Part shown: positions 10,574 to 22,968 of the stretch, one piece after another
Position numbering within the stretch: position 1 is the stretch's first letter
Layout of the letters: each line of letters opens with the position of its first letter
From: Eremomyces bilateralis CBS 781.70
Lineage: Eukaryota
Strand: one strand, 5' to 3'
Length of the DNA stretch: 40,617 nucleotides
Assembly: GCA_010015585.1 (NCBI GenBank)
Contig: ML975151.1
Notes under the pieces: generated by a model
Seen by the model: the letters and a program-made list of their open reading frames with translations, nothing else
What the model was told of the DNA's origin: nothing
Databases searched by the model: none
Position numbers and translations under genes: made by a program

Positions 10574-11089
10574 CACGATAACAAGGGTATGATTGGTCAA
10601 ATGCTCCTCTAACGCTTGTCAACCGAAAAAGGGAAATCTCGCGATGTTGAAGCTGGCGTCGTTCAACGGAATTGAATGAGAAAAAAGGTGTAACAAAATT
10701 TGTTTTGATGACATTCCCAAGCTGAGGATAAAGTAGAAAATTCGAGTGCGCTTTCAGTGAACTGTGACTTAAAAGTGTGTAAACACATTGCTCGTTGGAT
10801 GGGTAGGGAGAATATACGCCTTGTCGCCTTGTCGCCTTAGTCCAGCAGCAGCAGTGCAGCAGGGAGGCAGATTGATCCACAATTGAGCAGGAATCATGAT
10901 TGAGGCCGCAATCCCAGTTGATATCCAATCATCCAGGCGGATCTGAGTAGATGCGAGTAACTTTCTCCAAGTTTTTGATGAACGAATTTGTACTATTAAA
11001 CCAGGCGTTACCCGAATCCCCTAATTGAGCCTTTCATTTCCTGTCATCTCTTGCATCTTAATGTAGACGTTCAGCGTCGTTTGAATCCG

Positions 11090-11958
11090 ATGAATCTCTC
11101 AGGCACCTTCAACGCGTTCCGCCTGCTGAGAGAGCCGTCAATATGTCTCCCGCATCATACTATACCAACATTTGAGCACCTCTCCCTACCCCTGGGCGCC
11201 GACTTTGCAAGGCGTGCAGGGCAGAGCAAACCGAGCATCAAGGCGGTTGTGCTCGATAAGGATAACTGCTTTGCGATTCCGCATACAAATGAGATCTATC
11301 CTCCGTATAAGGTAGGGATTGGCGAATGGGGTGGATTTCGCCACGTCGCGGAGCCTGTAAGTTCGGAATGCTGACGGGAACGAATGTAGGCGAAATTCGA
11401 GGAGCTTCGCAAAGCCTATCCAGGTCGTCGGCTCCTGATCGTCTCCAACACGGCCGGAACGCTCTCCGACCCGGGAAATCGCGAAGCCGAAGAGCTGGAG
11501 AAGAACACCGGCGTCCATGTCTTGCGGCATGCGGTCAAGGTAACCAACCATTGAAAGCCCCCTGAAAATCGCCGAGAGAAGTCATGCTGACGACGCGGCA
11601 GAAACCCGGATGCCACCAGGAGGTTCTGGATTATTTCCGAAAGAATCCAGAAGCGCAGGTGACATCGCCCGCGGAGATCGCGGTGGTGGGCGATCGGTTG
11701 CTCACGGATATGATGTTGGCGAATATGATGGGGTCCTATGGGGTGTATGTTCGGGATGGGGTGACGAGCGAGCGAAGCATAGTAAGTCTATTGTCTAATC
11801 ACCGCCGGGATGATGGTGAAGCGTCACACTGGACGACATACATTGCGTTTCATGTGGTAACGATTGATGAATAGTTCTCAAGCATGGAACTGCGCCTGAG
11901 TGCGTTCCTGCAGAAGCGTGGGGTTGTGGCACCGCACCCTGTGAGCGATTTCGAATGA
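11090..11958 (+). CDS. GEP4: Mitochondrial phosphatidylglycerophosphatase (HAD superfamily)
   Basis: Exons 11090-11311, 11390-11539, 11602-11781 and 11875-11958 are in frame. Motifs VVLDKDNC, LLIVSNTAG, KKPGC, VVGDRLLTD. Confidence 0.93.
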
Positions 11959-12541
11959 TCCCAGATTCTGAGGACGTCGAGCCTCGGTTGAGTCGTGTCG
12001 AGCTCGACTGGTCGAGACCTGTTGCTTGGAACATCTACCAAGTACTAAAGTACTTCCGGCAACATATTCTGTCAGAGATCAACCATTTCATTGCAGCCAG
12101 CCCGCAATTATGTGCAATGTAGATCGTACACGCTGGCGGAATTAATAGCATAAAGTGGTAACTCCGTGAACTTAGGTTTCAGACCTCGTCCCCCCTGTCG
12201 AGATGCACCAGAACCCAGAACAACAAATATTGAGCGAAACGTTCTCGAACACCAACAATTGTCAAACCTTATTTATCGTTACGTTAGGCGATGGACGATA
12301 ATTGCCAAGGCGGCCTCTGTATCAGTGCCTGTCGCTCTGCTGCGTGCGATGCTTGACGCCCAGAACCGTTTCGGAAGTATGCGCTGCTTTTTGAGGCAAT
12401 TTAATCTAATCCATACGATGGCGATGATGACAGGCTGTCGCGATGTTTTTCCCGTTCAAATATGTCTATAACTATTTTTTCAAAACTCATTCATGTTCGT
12501 TCTTTGCTAGTAATAGATTATTTCTATGGGTTTCATCCAAC

Positions 12542-13996
12542 ATGCGTTGTCCACCCGTTCTGCAGTGTGTTACTGTGCTACTAGGATTCGGTACAATAGC
12601 CAAGGGCGAAGGCTGGTTCGGAAGCGGTTCTCAGAATGCGGTAACGGTATGTGTTAAGAGCTTTTGAGCGAGAATTCAAGCTAAGCCGACGCTGACTCCA
12701 GTATGAGGACGATTTCCCGACTCCGCGGCATCAACAAGCCAAAGAAGCCTTACTCAATCATATCCAACGAGATAGGTGGGTGTGGAACCGAAGTCATCCC
12801 CGCTACGCCTTGTTAAATGCACTGTATGGATATCTGCGATACCGCGAGAGTAATATTGAAGAGGTCTTAAAATGGAAGGAACTATACGAAAGACTTCCTT
12901 TTGCACAGAAAAAGGTTCGTGATGGAGAGGAGCAGACGTAAGCCGAGCTGACGCAACAAAGGTTGCGCGAGACGTAATACACTATGACAAGAGCTTAGAC
13001 CGGGTGGAGCGGCTATACGAAGAGAACGCGCAAGTGGCCGATGCCATTCTAAACCACGGGCTCCAGTACTATCAAGTGGACCGGAAGGAGCTCGAGCAAT
13101 TTGCTCAGGAGGCCGAAGCGGACAAACGAGAACCGGATCGTAAGGAAGTTCTACAGGCAATGCGCCATTTCGTTCGAGACTGGTCGGATGATGGCACGCA
13201 TGAGCGCATGGAGACATTTCCATGGGTCCTTGAGACAATTGATGGACTGTTTCCATCGCGCCATGACAATCCCGACAATCCGATCAAGGTGATCATCCCA
13301 GGATCTGGACTGGGGAAGTTAGCGCACGAAATCGGAGACCTAGGAGGTAAGCAAAACATCTACAGAATCATGTCAGCAGCATTAACCCCCGCAGGTTTCG
13401 AAGTGACCTCCAACGAGTGGTCAATGTACATGAGCGTCGCATACCGATACATGCAAACGCTCAAAGAGAAGGAATCCGTCACATACTACCCGTACATTCC
13501 CCGCTGGTCCCACCAAATCAACCGCGCGAACCTCGAACGCGGCGTCAAGATGCCCAATACCGCCATCGACAACACAGCTATCGTGCACGTCGAAGGCGAC
13601 TTCACCCACATCTTCAAAGCCCAAGCCGGCCAATTTGACGTCGTCGTCACGCTCTTCTTCATCGACACTGCCTGGAACCTGCTGACGTACATGGACAGCA
13701 TCAAGGCGATGCTGAAGCCAGGTGGGTACTGGCTGAACCTGGGGCCGCTGCTCTACCGCGCGCAACCGTACGTGCAGCTCACTCTAGAGGAGATCCTAGA
13801 CGTGTCGGAGCACATGGGGTTCGAGTTCCTGGACATCGATCCGAAGTGGGGGAACCTGACGGTCGAGGGGAGGAAGGCGAGGGGGGTGGAGGCGCGGTAT
13901 AGTTTCGACCTGGAGGCGTTGATTAAGCATGCGTATTACGCACAGATGTGGGTCGCAAGGAAGACGGAGGATGACCTGTTTCATTCAGAGCTGTAG
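12542..13996 (+). CDS. N2227/CARNMT1-family SAM-dependent methyltransferase with predicted signal peptide and C-terminal HSEL
   Basis: Exons 12542-12646, 12702-12914, 12962-13346 and 13395-13996 are in frame. Motifs HFVRDWS, VIIPGSGLGKLA, NEWSMYM, EGDF, TLFFIDTA, GGYWLNLGPLLY. Confidence 0.88.
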
Positions 13997-14396
13997 ATGT
14001 AGCGTTCCAAGGGATTTCCTGTCACTGTCTGGCATGAACCGACGATCGATTGCTGGAGCCGACCCTAGCTACCGAAGTGGATGAGGTGAGACGCGAGATG
14101 TGATGAGAAATATATTATCCATAGCCAAATACGTCTCCTCGGAACTAGCCGTTAAGGAAATGATACAGCGGTATCGGTACCGCGTTAAATCATCTGGGGG
14201 CGAAAAGTACGATGCTTGTCATGCACATGAAGATCTAAATTCTATTATTCTAATGCGCTTATGGAGAATCAAGGATTATTAATATGCGCGCGACGAGCGA
14301 ATAGTGACAAATTCTGTAACCAAGACTCAGGGGTCTGACTCAGGAGACATCAATAAGCAGAGAGACTGAGAGAGGAAATAGAACCGAATATGACGA

Positions 14397-14695
14397 CAGG
14401 GCTTCCGTGGGGGAAGAAATTGATGGCCCGTACCATAGAGGCCTTCAGGTCTGAGGTCAGAGCCTTAAACCCGTACTCCATACCACACAGAAATCTAAGT
14501 TTTGAATCGAGCTGCGACGACGCACCCTTACATTTAAAGGCGGATTTAAAGGCGGATTTAAAGGTCAAATTATATTTTAAGAGCTATATCTACCTACCGT
14601 ATGAGTCTGAATTAAATTATCCTTTTTGATGGTTATGATTTTTCGAGAAGAAAACGATATTATGGGCCATCAACTTCTTCCCCACGGAGCTTACT
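14397..14695. mobile_element. Possible MITE / degenerate DNA-transposon relic bounded by imperfect ~35-bp inverted repeats
   Basis: Left arm gcttccgtgggggaagaaattgatggcccgtaccat (14401-14436) matches the reverse complement of 14658-14689 (gctccgtgggaagaagttgatggcccataatat). The interior is AT/TpA-rich. No clear target-site duplication. Confidence 0.4.
14532..14564. repeat. 12-bp tandem repeat (atttaaaggcgg) x2.75
   Basis: Read directly: atttaaaggcgg atttaaaggcgg atttaaagg. Confidence 0.85.
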
Positions 14696-15754
14696 GCCTC
14701 AGCGCCTTCTCCCTATTTTGATATTGAAAGTTTGGAACCCGTGACCCTGGACTCATAACAACATGACAAAGCAAAAGCCACGTCAAAAATCATATCACAT
14801 ACCAGATCAGATGCAATTCATGCAATGCAAATTACAAATGTCCATGATTTCTTTGAACACTGAATTCTTAGTTTCTTACCAAGCCTATTGCCACGCAGTG
14901 TGCCGGGAATGCCTGCCTGCCGTACCTCAAGAGTGCATTCTAGACTTGCATCGGTTCTCGAGTACCTCTACTTGGACTTCAGCAGCATGGAGAGTAGATG
15001 ATGTGATCACGCCTATCCATATGGTCTTTCCACCATGTTTTGTCACATCTCGGGTCAAGCCTTTTAGGCTATTGCTCATGCCTCATGGTCCAGAATCGAA
15101 GCACTGATATCTGAAACGTAAGCATCTACAGCGTATTGCAGCATGGAGATCCAGTAATATTGCGTGGTCAGATTTATCAGCTACGGCCCTCGGAGTTAGG
15201 CAGTCAGACGGTTTTTACACCTACGGTGAGTTTCTACCAAGACCTGTTGGTTCACTAAACCTGTATTGTTGCGAATTGCGAGGTCACCGTTGCTAGCTTT
15301 GTAACTTGTAGTGACGTTCAATAAGTCAAATTTCACTAATTAATTAACCCTATCGACTAACTAATGGTTTAAAGTCCATCCAACTGGGACGTTTGGACTG
15401 CATCACCGGCCTTAACAGCTTTGTCACCCGGAGTTAGAACCATCCCCTTGATGGATTCCTTCATCCTTTCACATTCCTGAACCAGAGGATTTGGTTCTAT
15501 GTTATATTATAAATGTTGATTATGTATTCACATTGTTATGCTGCCCTCCAGGAATATATTTATATACTTCTTACTCGAGTTTGCTGTCCCTTCAATTCAC
15601 TAAGATACAACCTTTACTCCTTTCTCACCACTCTCTCACTACTCTCACTTCCCCCACGACCGTTACACTCGGTTCAGTCCGTTTACGCACCTCCCCATCA
15701 TCCTACTCCAATACCATACTCAGCCGAAGAAAAAATCAGCACTTGCGAAATACC

Positions 15755-17574
15755 ATGACTTCATCGACAACCTCAGAGAAGGGCGATCTCAAAGCCGAAT
15801 CTGGAACGACAACTCCTGCCCCTGGACGAAAGTCGCCAAGCATTCTAGAAGATCCTGAAAAGGATGCTGGGATCCTGTCTCCCAGTGTTCCGAACGATTC
15901 TGCTCCTCAAGAAGAGTGGACACGACCATACACACCCTGGCGATGGGTTCTAGTGCTGGTAGCCCTTTACCTGGCGGCGTTCCTCTACGGGCTTGACAAT
16001 ACCATCGTTGCCGACGTCCAGGGCCCCGTCATCGAAACGTTCGGAAATGTGGACAAGATTGGTTGGCTTGGGATCGGCTTTCCCTTAGGATCCATCGCGA
16101 CGCTTGCTACCTTCGGCAAGGCCTACTCCATCTTTGACATTAAGTGGCTGTTCAATGGTAGCCTGATCATGTTCATTGCCGGCAGTGCGCTTTGTGGCGG
16201 TGCGCCGTCCATGACCGCTTTGATCATTGGACGCGTTTGGGCCGGAGCTGGCGGTTCTGGGATGTACCTGGGGTAAGTCGAGGTCCGAGTCGCTAGAAGT
16301 TCTCGTACTGACCAGTGTCACAGAATCTTGAATATTCTCACAATAAACACCAACTCAATCGAGCGGTCCATGTATATGTCCGGATGTGGCCTGGTATGGG
16401 GTATCGGCTGTATATTGGGACCAGTCATCGGCGGGAGCTTCGCCGACAGCTCCGCAACTTGGCGCTGGGTATGTTAAGCTTTCTCCATGTGTTGCATGCA
16501 TCTACTAATGCTCCATAGGCGTTTTATATCAATCTCATCCTATATGGCATTCTTTGCCCGGTGGGAATTTTCTTCATCAGATCCATCAACCCCCAGCCGG
16601 ATAAGACTTTCTTCAATAAGCTGCGACATATTGACTGGGTAGGATCCTTCCTCAATGCTGGCCTGTACACGTTCTTCGCCTCCGCGTTTACTTTTGGGGG
16701 TGCGGTCTATGCATGGAACGATGGCAAGACGATCGCCTTTATTGTCCTATTCGCCGTGTTCCTCATTGCCTTCGCCCTTCAGCAGACCTACATGGTGTTC
16801 ACCACGTTCGAGACGCGAATCTTCCCGATCGACTTCATCAAAGACCGCACGCTCGTCCTGCTCTATATCGCTCAGTCCGCGGCAGCGACTTCACTATTCA
16901 TCCCGATCTACTACACCCCTCTCTTCTTCCAGTTCACCCGAGGCGACTCCGGTACCGACTCTGCAGTCCGACTCCTACCATTCATCTTTCTCGTCATTGC
17001 CGCGATCCTTTTGAACGGATTCCTCATGCCTCGATTTGGATACTACATGCCCTGGTTCCTCGTCGCACCGATCTTTACCTTAGTTGGTTCGGCGTCTTAC
17101 TACGCACTCGTCGATGCGTCGATCAGCGCAGGAAAAATCTACGGATTCGGCGTCCTCATGGGCATCGGCGCCGGCCTCTCCCAGCAGTCATCGTACTCCG
17201 TAGCTCCCACGCAAGTCGAACCGCACCGGATCTCGGACGCCCTCAATTTCATCAACAGCGCCCAGATCGGCGGCTTCGTCATCGCCCTCACGCTCACCTC
17301 GTCGATCTTCCAGAACATCGGCTTCTCGCACGTGAGCGCCGCGCTCGCTGGACGGGGTTTCACGCCCGCCGACATTCATCTGGCGCTGGCGGGAGCGAAG
17401 AGCGATCTGTTCGCCGACGTGCCGGACAGTGTTCGTCAGGCGGTAATTGATGGCATCGTCAAATCCATCGGCAATGGGTATATCCTGGTCATCACTGCTG
17501 CTGCGGTTGGGCTTATCGCGGCTCTTTGTATGAAGAGGGAAAAGTTGTTCATGGAAGTCGGAGCTGGCGGTTGA
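15755..17574 (+). CDS. MFS drug:H+ antiporter, DHA2 (14-TMS) efflux pump
   Basis: Exons 15755-16272, 16324-16468 and 16519-17574. Motifs LYGLDNTIVA, GSALCGGAPSMTALIIGRVWAGAGG, LGPVIGG, WRWAFYINL, IDWVG, plus many TM segments. Confidence 0.93.
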
Positions 17575-18193
17575 GCTGGGGAGGAAAAGCAGTGATCATT
17601 GATTATCCACTGTTTTGGATCCTTAGTTACTAAAGGAACAAATGGGGGTTGGTCCCGTTAATACCCAATAGAAGGCCTGGCTAGAAATAACGCTATAGAA
17701 ATAGAAATATCCAAGAATATAATTATTTAACTCGTCTGATGTTATCGCGAGGAGAGGGGTTCTAGAACCTGTGTTGCTGGCAAATTACCAGTCGTCAAAC
17801 TCAGTTCGCATGATAATATTGCCCTCGTTTGGATTAAATTCTCCGATTCGGAGTTCGTGCATCAAACGGAGTTGAGCGAGTCCATCCCTTGACCGACTGT
17901 AGCAGTGGAGCAGGGGGTCGTTGCTTGAGATGGTGACCTCAGGTTGTTTTCCGATCAGCCCACCAACCTCCAATATAATTGTTTCGCCAGAATCTCCTTG
18001 TCTGTCACGAGTGAACTCAAAACCATGAATTTTGGCTGTGCCAATCATTGTCCAGAAGAATATCTGATACCTCCACCCTGTAGGATTTCGTTGATTTTCT
18101 CATGGCGTGATACCCTTCCGCTGTTGGCTGCTGATTCCACCTCATTCGATCGTAGATATGCAATGCCATATATCCGCATCAGCGGGTAACCAG

Positions 18194-18200
18194 TATATAA
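18194..18200 (+). promoter_or_regulatory. TATA box of the Hsp20 gene
   Basis: TATATAA about 130 nt upstream of the ATG at 18328, followed by an A/C-rich leader. Confidence 0.55.
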
Positions 18201-18327
18201 GGATTGGGTCGGAGAGAACAGTTACGATGGAGTCGGACGGATCACGGCAAACATATTTACCACAACTACTAAAGTCAACCCAAATCAGTTACTGCATCAG
18301 CCAAACCCTCAACACCTCACCATCGAC

Positions 18328-18843
18328 ATGGCATACTACTACATCTATCCGCCACCTGACCCATACACGGTCTATCTCAACCACACCTTCCCCGAACACC
18401 ACCTCCCCTTAGAAGGCCTGCGTCACAAAATCGCCGCACCCTTCCACCACAACCGCGACCAAGACCTCCACCTCCCCAAGACCGACGTCCGCGAGACCGC
18501 AACCCACTTCTACATCGAAGTCGAGCTCCCAGGCCTCGACAACGTCGAGCAGATGCACCTGAAGTGGAAGAACTCTCGGACGCTGGTGCTGGCGGCGCAC
18601 ATCGGGCGGCCGGCGACGGAGGAGGAGGCGGCAGCGGAGGGCGACGTGAGGCATCTGGTGCACCAGGTTGTTAAGGAGCGGTTAGTCGGGGAGTTTGAGC
18701 GGTCATTTCATTTTCCTGTGGAAGTGGATGCGGAGAAGATGACGGCGAAGTTGCATGCGGGGTTGGTGAGGATTGTGTTAGCTAAGATGAATCCCGAGGA
18801 GATCACGCCGCAGCCGGTTGAAGTGGAGCATAGTGGACATTGA
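18328..18843 (+). CDS. Small heat-shock protein (Hsp20/alpha-crystallin domain)
   Basis: Intronless ORF with PKTDVRET, IEVELPGL, ERLVGEFERSFHFP and AKLHAGLVRIVLAK motifs. Confidence 0.92.
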   Translation: MAYYYIYPPPDPYTVYLNHTFPEHHLPLEGLRHKIAAPFHHNRDQDLHLPKTDVRETATHFYIEVELPGLDNVEQMHLKWKNSRTLVLAAHIGRPATEEEAAAEGDVRHLVHQVVKERLVGEFERSFHFPVEVDAEKMTAKLHAGLVRIVLAKMNPEEITPQPVEVEHSGH

Positions 18844-19686
18844 GGGGAGGTTTGGGTCTTCTTCGTATGGGTGAGCGTTGGTTGGAATAGCGCTTGGGAT
18901 CTGAGTATTTGTTCTTGTGTCGGGATATGATGCAAGCAGTCGTCGTCGTTACCATTCTGCTTGGGAGGATTGTGGAATTTATGATACCTATGGTTAGTGT
19001 AATGAAACTGTTGTTTAGCAATTGTCATCCAATGAATAGAGCGTGTTGGTATGGTGTTGAATCCTGCTTTGGTGTGATACAAGACCGCTCTTATCGATAA
19101 CCGCCTGTTTCTGCAGTGCAACAGCCTATCTATGCTAAATTGCTAATCCATCAACGCATCAACACGAGGGGGTTTGGTTGAACCAAGTGCTATATATTGG
19201 TTGAGATGCCTTCTCTCAATCGAGCTCAATTGGATTCTTAGGACTATCAAGTATCGCGAATCTGTTGAATCGTGACTTTGTGAGACAGCTGTTGAGCACA
19301 GGGCAGGACGGCAAGGGTGTGAACCGGGAATTATTCGTCCGGCCCCTATGACTTCATGATACGATGATCCTGAATCGCGACTTTCATGATCTTCACCAAA
19401 TATCTCTCGAGTTCGATTATCAATTGATCGCCCGGTCGACTTTAAAACTATCCGCGCGTTGGAAATCGCGGTGCTATCCGGGTCTACCACGTTTATTGCG
19501 GTTCCTCGACACGGTTCACGACAGGTCCCCGAAGTCGATGGCTTACGCATTCAACTCAAATGGTGAATGCAATCGCAATGGCGGCCAGGAGCGGATAAGC
19601 TTTTGGTGGGCACATATCGTTCGCATTATGAGCTCACTCTTGATCTATACTGACATATCGTCGTGTAGAGGCCGTATCTCGAACGA

Positions 19687-22600
19687 ATGATGTCCCACGC
19701 CACATCGTAATATCCGTACCCCTTGCGTGCATTTATCGCAATGGATAGAAAGACACCACACTCCGCCTCGTCGAATGGCACGACCGACGGGCCGGCTTCC
19801 ACCGATTCTACTCGAGAAGTAGTAGAAGGGTATGCTGGGGCTGATAGTGCGGTCAATGTATGGGAGCATGGTTCGGTTGAATAATAGACACACAAGGCTG
19901 ACGAAAAGGTGCACACCAAAGGGGACCACACGACCTACGACACATAATTCCGGAGATGGAAGCCCGGCAGACTCGACGACGACGAAATCGGGCTCTATGC
20001 AGCGGACAAACACCGATGCGACGCTTTCCGCAGTGAGCCGGATCAATGACATCCCCAGTTCACTCAAGGATCGAGACAAGGACAAGAAGTAAGCCTGAGA
20101 TCTTTCGTTCCCAACGCAGCACGTTTACGCGACTGCGGTCATTTTACCGTCTGAATAATCGATTTGCAACCTTCATATTTGCGTTTCGTCGATTGCGCGT
20201 GGCTTAGCGCGCGTAAGCATCCGAGACAAAGCCCCCAACGAGGCTGACTGCGATCTACACCGACAGAAAAGGTGTTTCGTTCCTGAGCCGAATCATTGGC
20301 AATAAAAAACGCGGCGCCCTCCCGACCCATGGCCAAGATGCTTCCGACCCGGGTGATGGCAGGCCGGAAGGCATGGACGCCCACCTATTTTCCCATTCCA
20401 CAGACAACGTGGGATTCAGTCCGCAGTACCCGCAACCGCCCCAATATATCAAGGTTCGATCGAAATTCAAGCGGGAGAAGGAGATCGATCATCTGTTCCT
20501 ATCGCAGCAGTTGCGAGGTGGCCATCAGAAGGCGACGACGTTTCCGTTGGTAAGTCGGACCGCCACCGAAATCGCCTCGCATACGCAGGCGCGAGAGGAT
20601 CCGGTATGGGCGCTGGAGTTCAGCAAAGATGGGAAATATCTGGCCGCCGCCGGACATGATAAAACAGTCCGAGTGTGGGCAGTTATATCGTCACCGGAGG
20701 AAAGACGAGATTTCGAGGATGCAGGATCTCCGCAGGGCGGACAAGGAGCGTCGCCTAGCCCTCTCCGCGCACCGGTCTTTCATCCTACACCATTCCGATT
20801 ATATGAAGGCCATGAATCTACTGTCATTGATCTGAGTTGGAGCAAGGTATGCGATTGAACGCAGACATGTAGGTCACGAAGCGATGCTAACTGCTTTGAT
20901 ACAGAACAATTTCCTGTTATCTTCGTCGTTCGACAAGACGGTGCGGTTATGGCATATATCTCGCAATGAATGTCTTTGCACCTTCAAACATGCTGAGTAT
21001 GTCCCGTCTATCCAATTTCATCCGCGAGATGACCGGTTCTTCCTCGCCGGCTCCCTGGACTTAAAATTACGGCTTTGGAGTATTCCAGACAAAAGCGTAG
21101 CATTCTGGGCGCAGCTACCGGAGATGATCACAGCCGTTGCATTTACCCCTGACGGAAAATCCTGCATTGCCGGGACTCTCGGTGGCCAACTCCATTTCTA
21201 TGAGACCGACAACTTGAAATATTCGACCCATATCCACGTCCGCTCCAACCGCGGGAAAAAATCCCGGGGCAGCAAGATAACCAACATCCAAGCAATGAAC
21301 TTTCCTCCGGACAAGCCATACGGAAATTTAAAGATCCTGGTTTCTAGCAACGATTCGAGGGTGCGGCTGTACAACATGCGCGACAAGAGCCTTCAGGCCA
21401 AGTTCAAGGGACACGTGAACAACGAGACGCAGATCCGAGCAACATTTAGTGACGACGGGAGATATGTGGTATCTGGGAGCGAAGACAAGAAAACTCACAT
21501 TTGGTCAATCGACCCTGGCGATGCGGAGAAGGGCGAACAGCCCCTGGAAGTGTTCGAGTCGAACTCATCGATGACCATCGCATCGCTACTTGCCCCCACA
21601 AAAACGCGACAAGCTCTCAGTGCTTCGGAAGATCCTATATATGATCTCTGTAACCCTCCACCCGTTACCCTTGTTTCCCGGACCGAGTCCATTCATTCAT
21701 CACGGCCACCGACAGAGAGCGAAAACGGCCAGGAGATTCCATCCGGAGAGACCACCACCAACCGCACCGCAGGGTCACCTGCGTACGTCGCGCGCAATGT
21801 ACATCCCGGCGGTCACATCATAGTGACCGCCGAATACTCCGGCAGCATCCGCGTCTATCGTCAAGACTGCGCCTACATGAAACGGCGCCAAGCCGAAGCG
21901 TGGGACGCCAGCTCCGCATTCGGCAAACGCAACGCCGGCTCCACGAAAGGCACGAGCCCGCGCATCGGATTCGGCGGGCTCAATCGTTCCGGCTCCGTCA
22001 CCACGCGTGCGAGTGCCGGGACGAACAGCGGAGCACGAAGCATGACGGCGCTCGCACTAACGAGGAGTCGTGAGCGGCGAGACTCGAGTTCGACGCAGCC
22101 GTCGAGCGATCGAATCTTGAGCTGGCGGCAGGGTATCGATACGAACAGCAGCACGAGCGTGGATAGCCCTCAGTTGGGTCGCAGAAGTGCCAGTCTTCGC
22201 AAAGGTCGGAGTGTTAGCCCGCGCAAGAGTTCTGGGCAGGTTTCTCACGCCTCGTCGGCCGGCGGGACGGGGTCGATGCCGAAGGCTCAACCTACGAAGT
22301 CGGACCCTACGCGGTCGCAATCGCGGCTTCAGCAGGACAAACAGAAAATCACGACCGAATCACCAGGGGGGAATGGCGGCGCGAGCAGACAAGCCACCCC
22401 CAAAGAACAGAAAGCACCGGACCGTATTCCTACAGACAGGGATAGCAGTCCCGACCCGCTTACGCAGCGAGGGAGTCAAAATCACACATTCTGGAACCCG
22501 CAAGCCTGGCGACGCGATCAAATGAACGCAGCCATGAACCCCTCATCCCGCCCTAAACCCCCGCAGACTTCCCCCAACCACGACTCCAACCTCCTAATGC

Positions 22601-22845
22601 CCGACCTCGCCGCGTTAAACAAGAAACTCAGCAACGTCAGCACGCTGAGCAGCGAGGGGAGCACCGCGGGGAGTGGACAGCAGCGGCTGTCGGCGGAATA
22701 CAGTTCGGTAGGGGGAAAGGAGAACGAAGAGGCGGAGGTAAGGTGTCGGAGGTGTTCGGGCACGTCGTTCAAGGCGAAGATGATCGATCGGGCGACGGGG
22801 AAACAAAAGTGCTTTGTATGCTCAAGGTGCGGCACGCCTCTATAA
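19687..22845 (+). CDS. WDR44-like WD40 repeat protein (5' end uncertain)
   Basis: Firm exons 20267-20846 and 20905-22845, plus upstream exons ending at 20088 (intron 20089-20266 gives KKKGVSFLSRIIG). WD repeats [47 protein letters not shown] and FHPRDDRFFLAGSLD. C-terminal CxxC...CxxC. Confidence 0.88.
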
Positions 22846-22968
22846 TGTTGGTAATTTAATGCGAAGTACACAACTCTACTTGAACAGTCGTGAGCGTTTT
22901 CCCGCTTATCGCATCCACATATCTATCACTTCGACGAGTGGTTGGTAGATTCCTATCAAAGCCCCTAA

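Noticed and set aside
5179..17574. Possible secondary-metabolite cluster (oxygenase, methyltransferase, MFS pump)
   Set aside because: No PKS, NRPS, terpene synthase or RiPP-type short-repeat precursor is present, and the genes are interrupted by housekeeping GEP4 and the SR gene.
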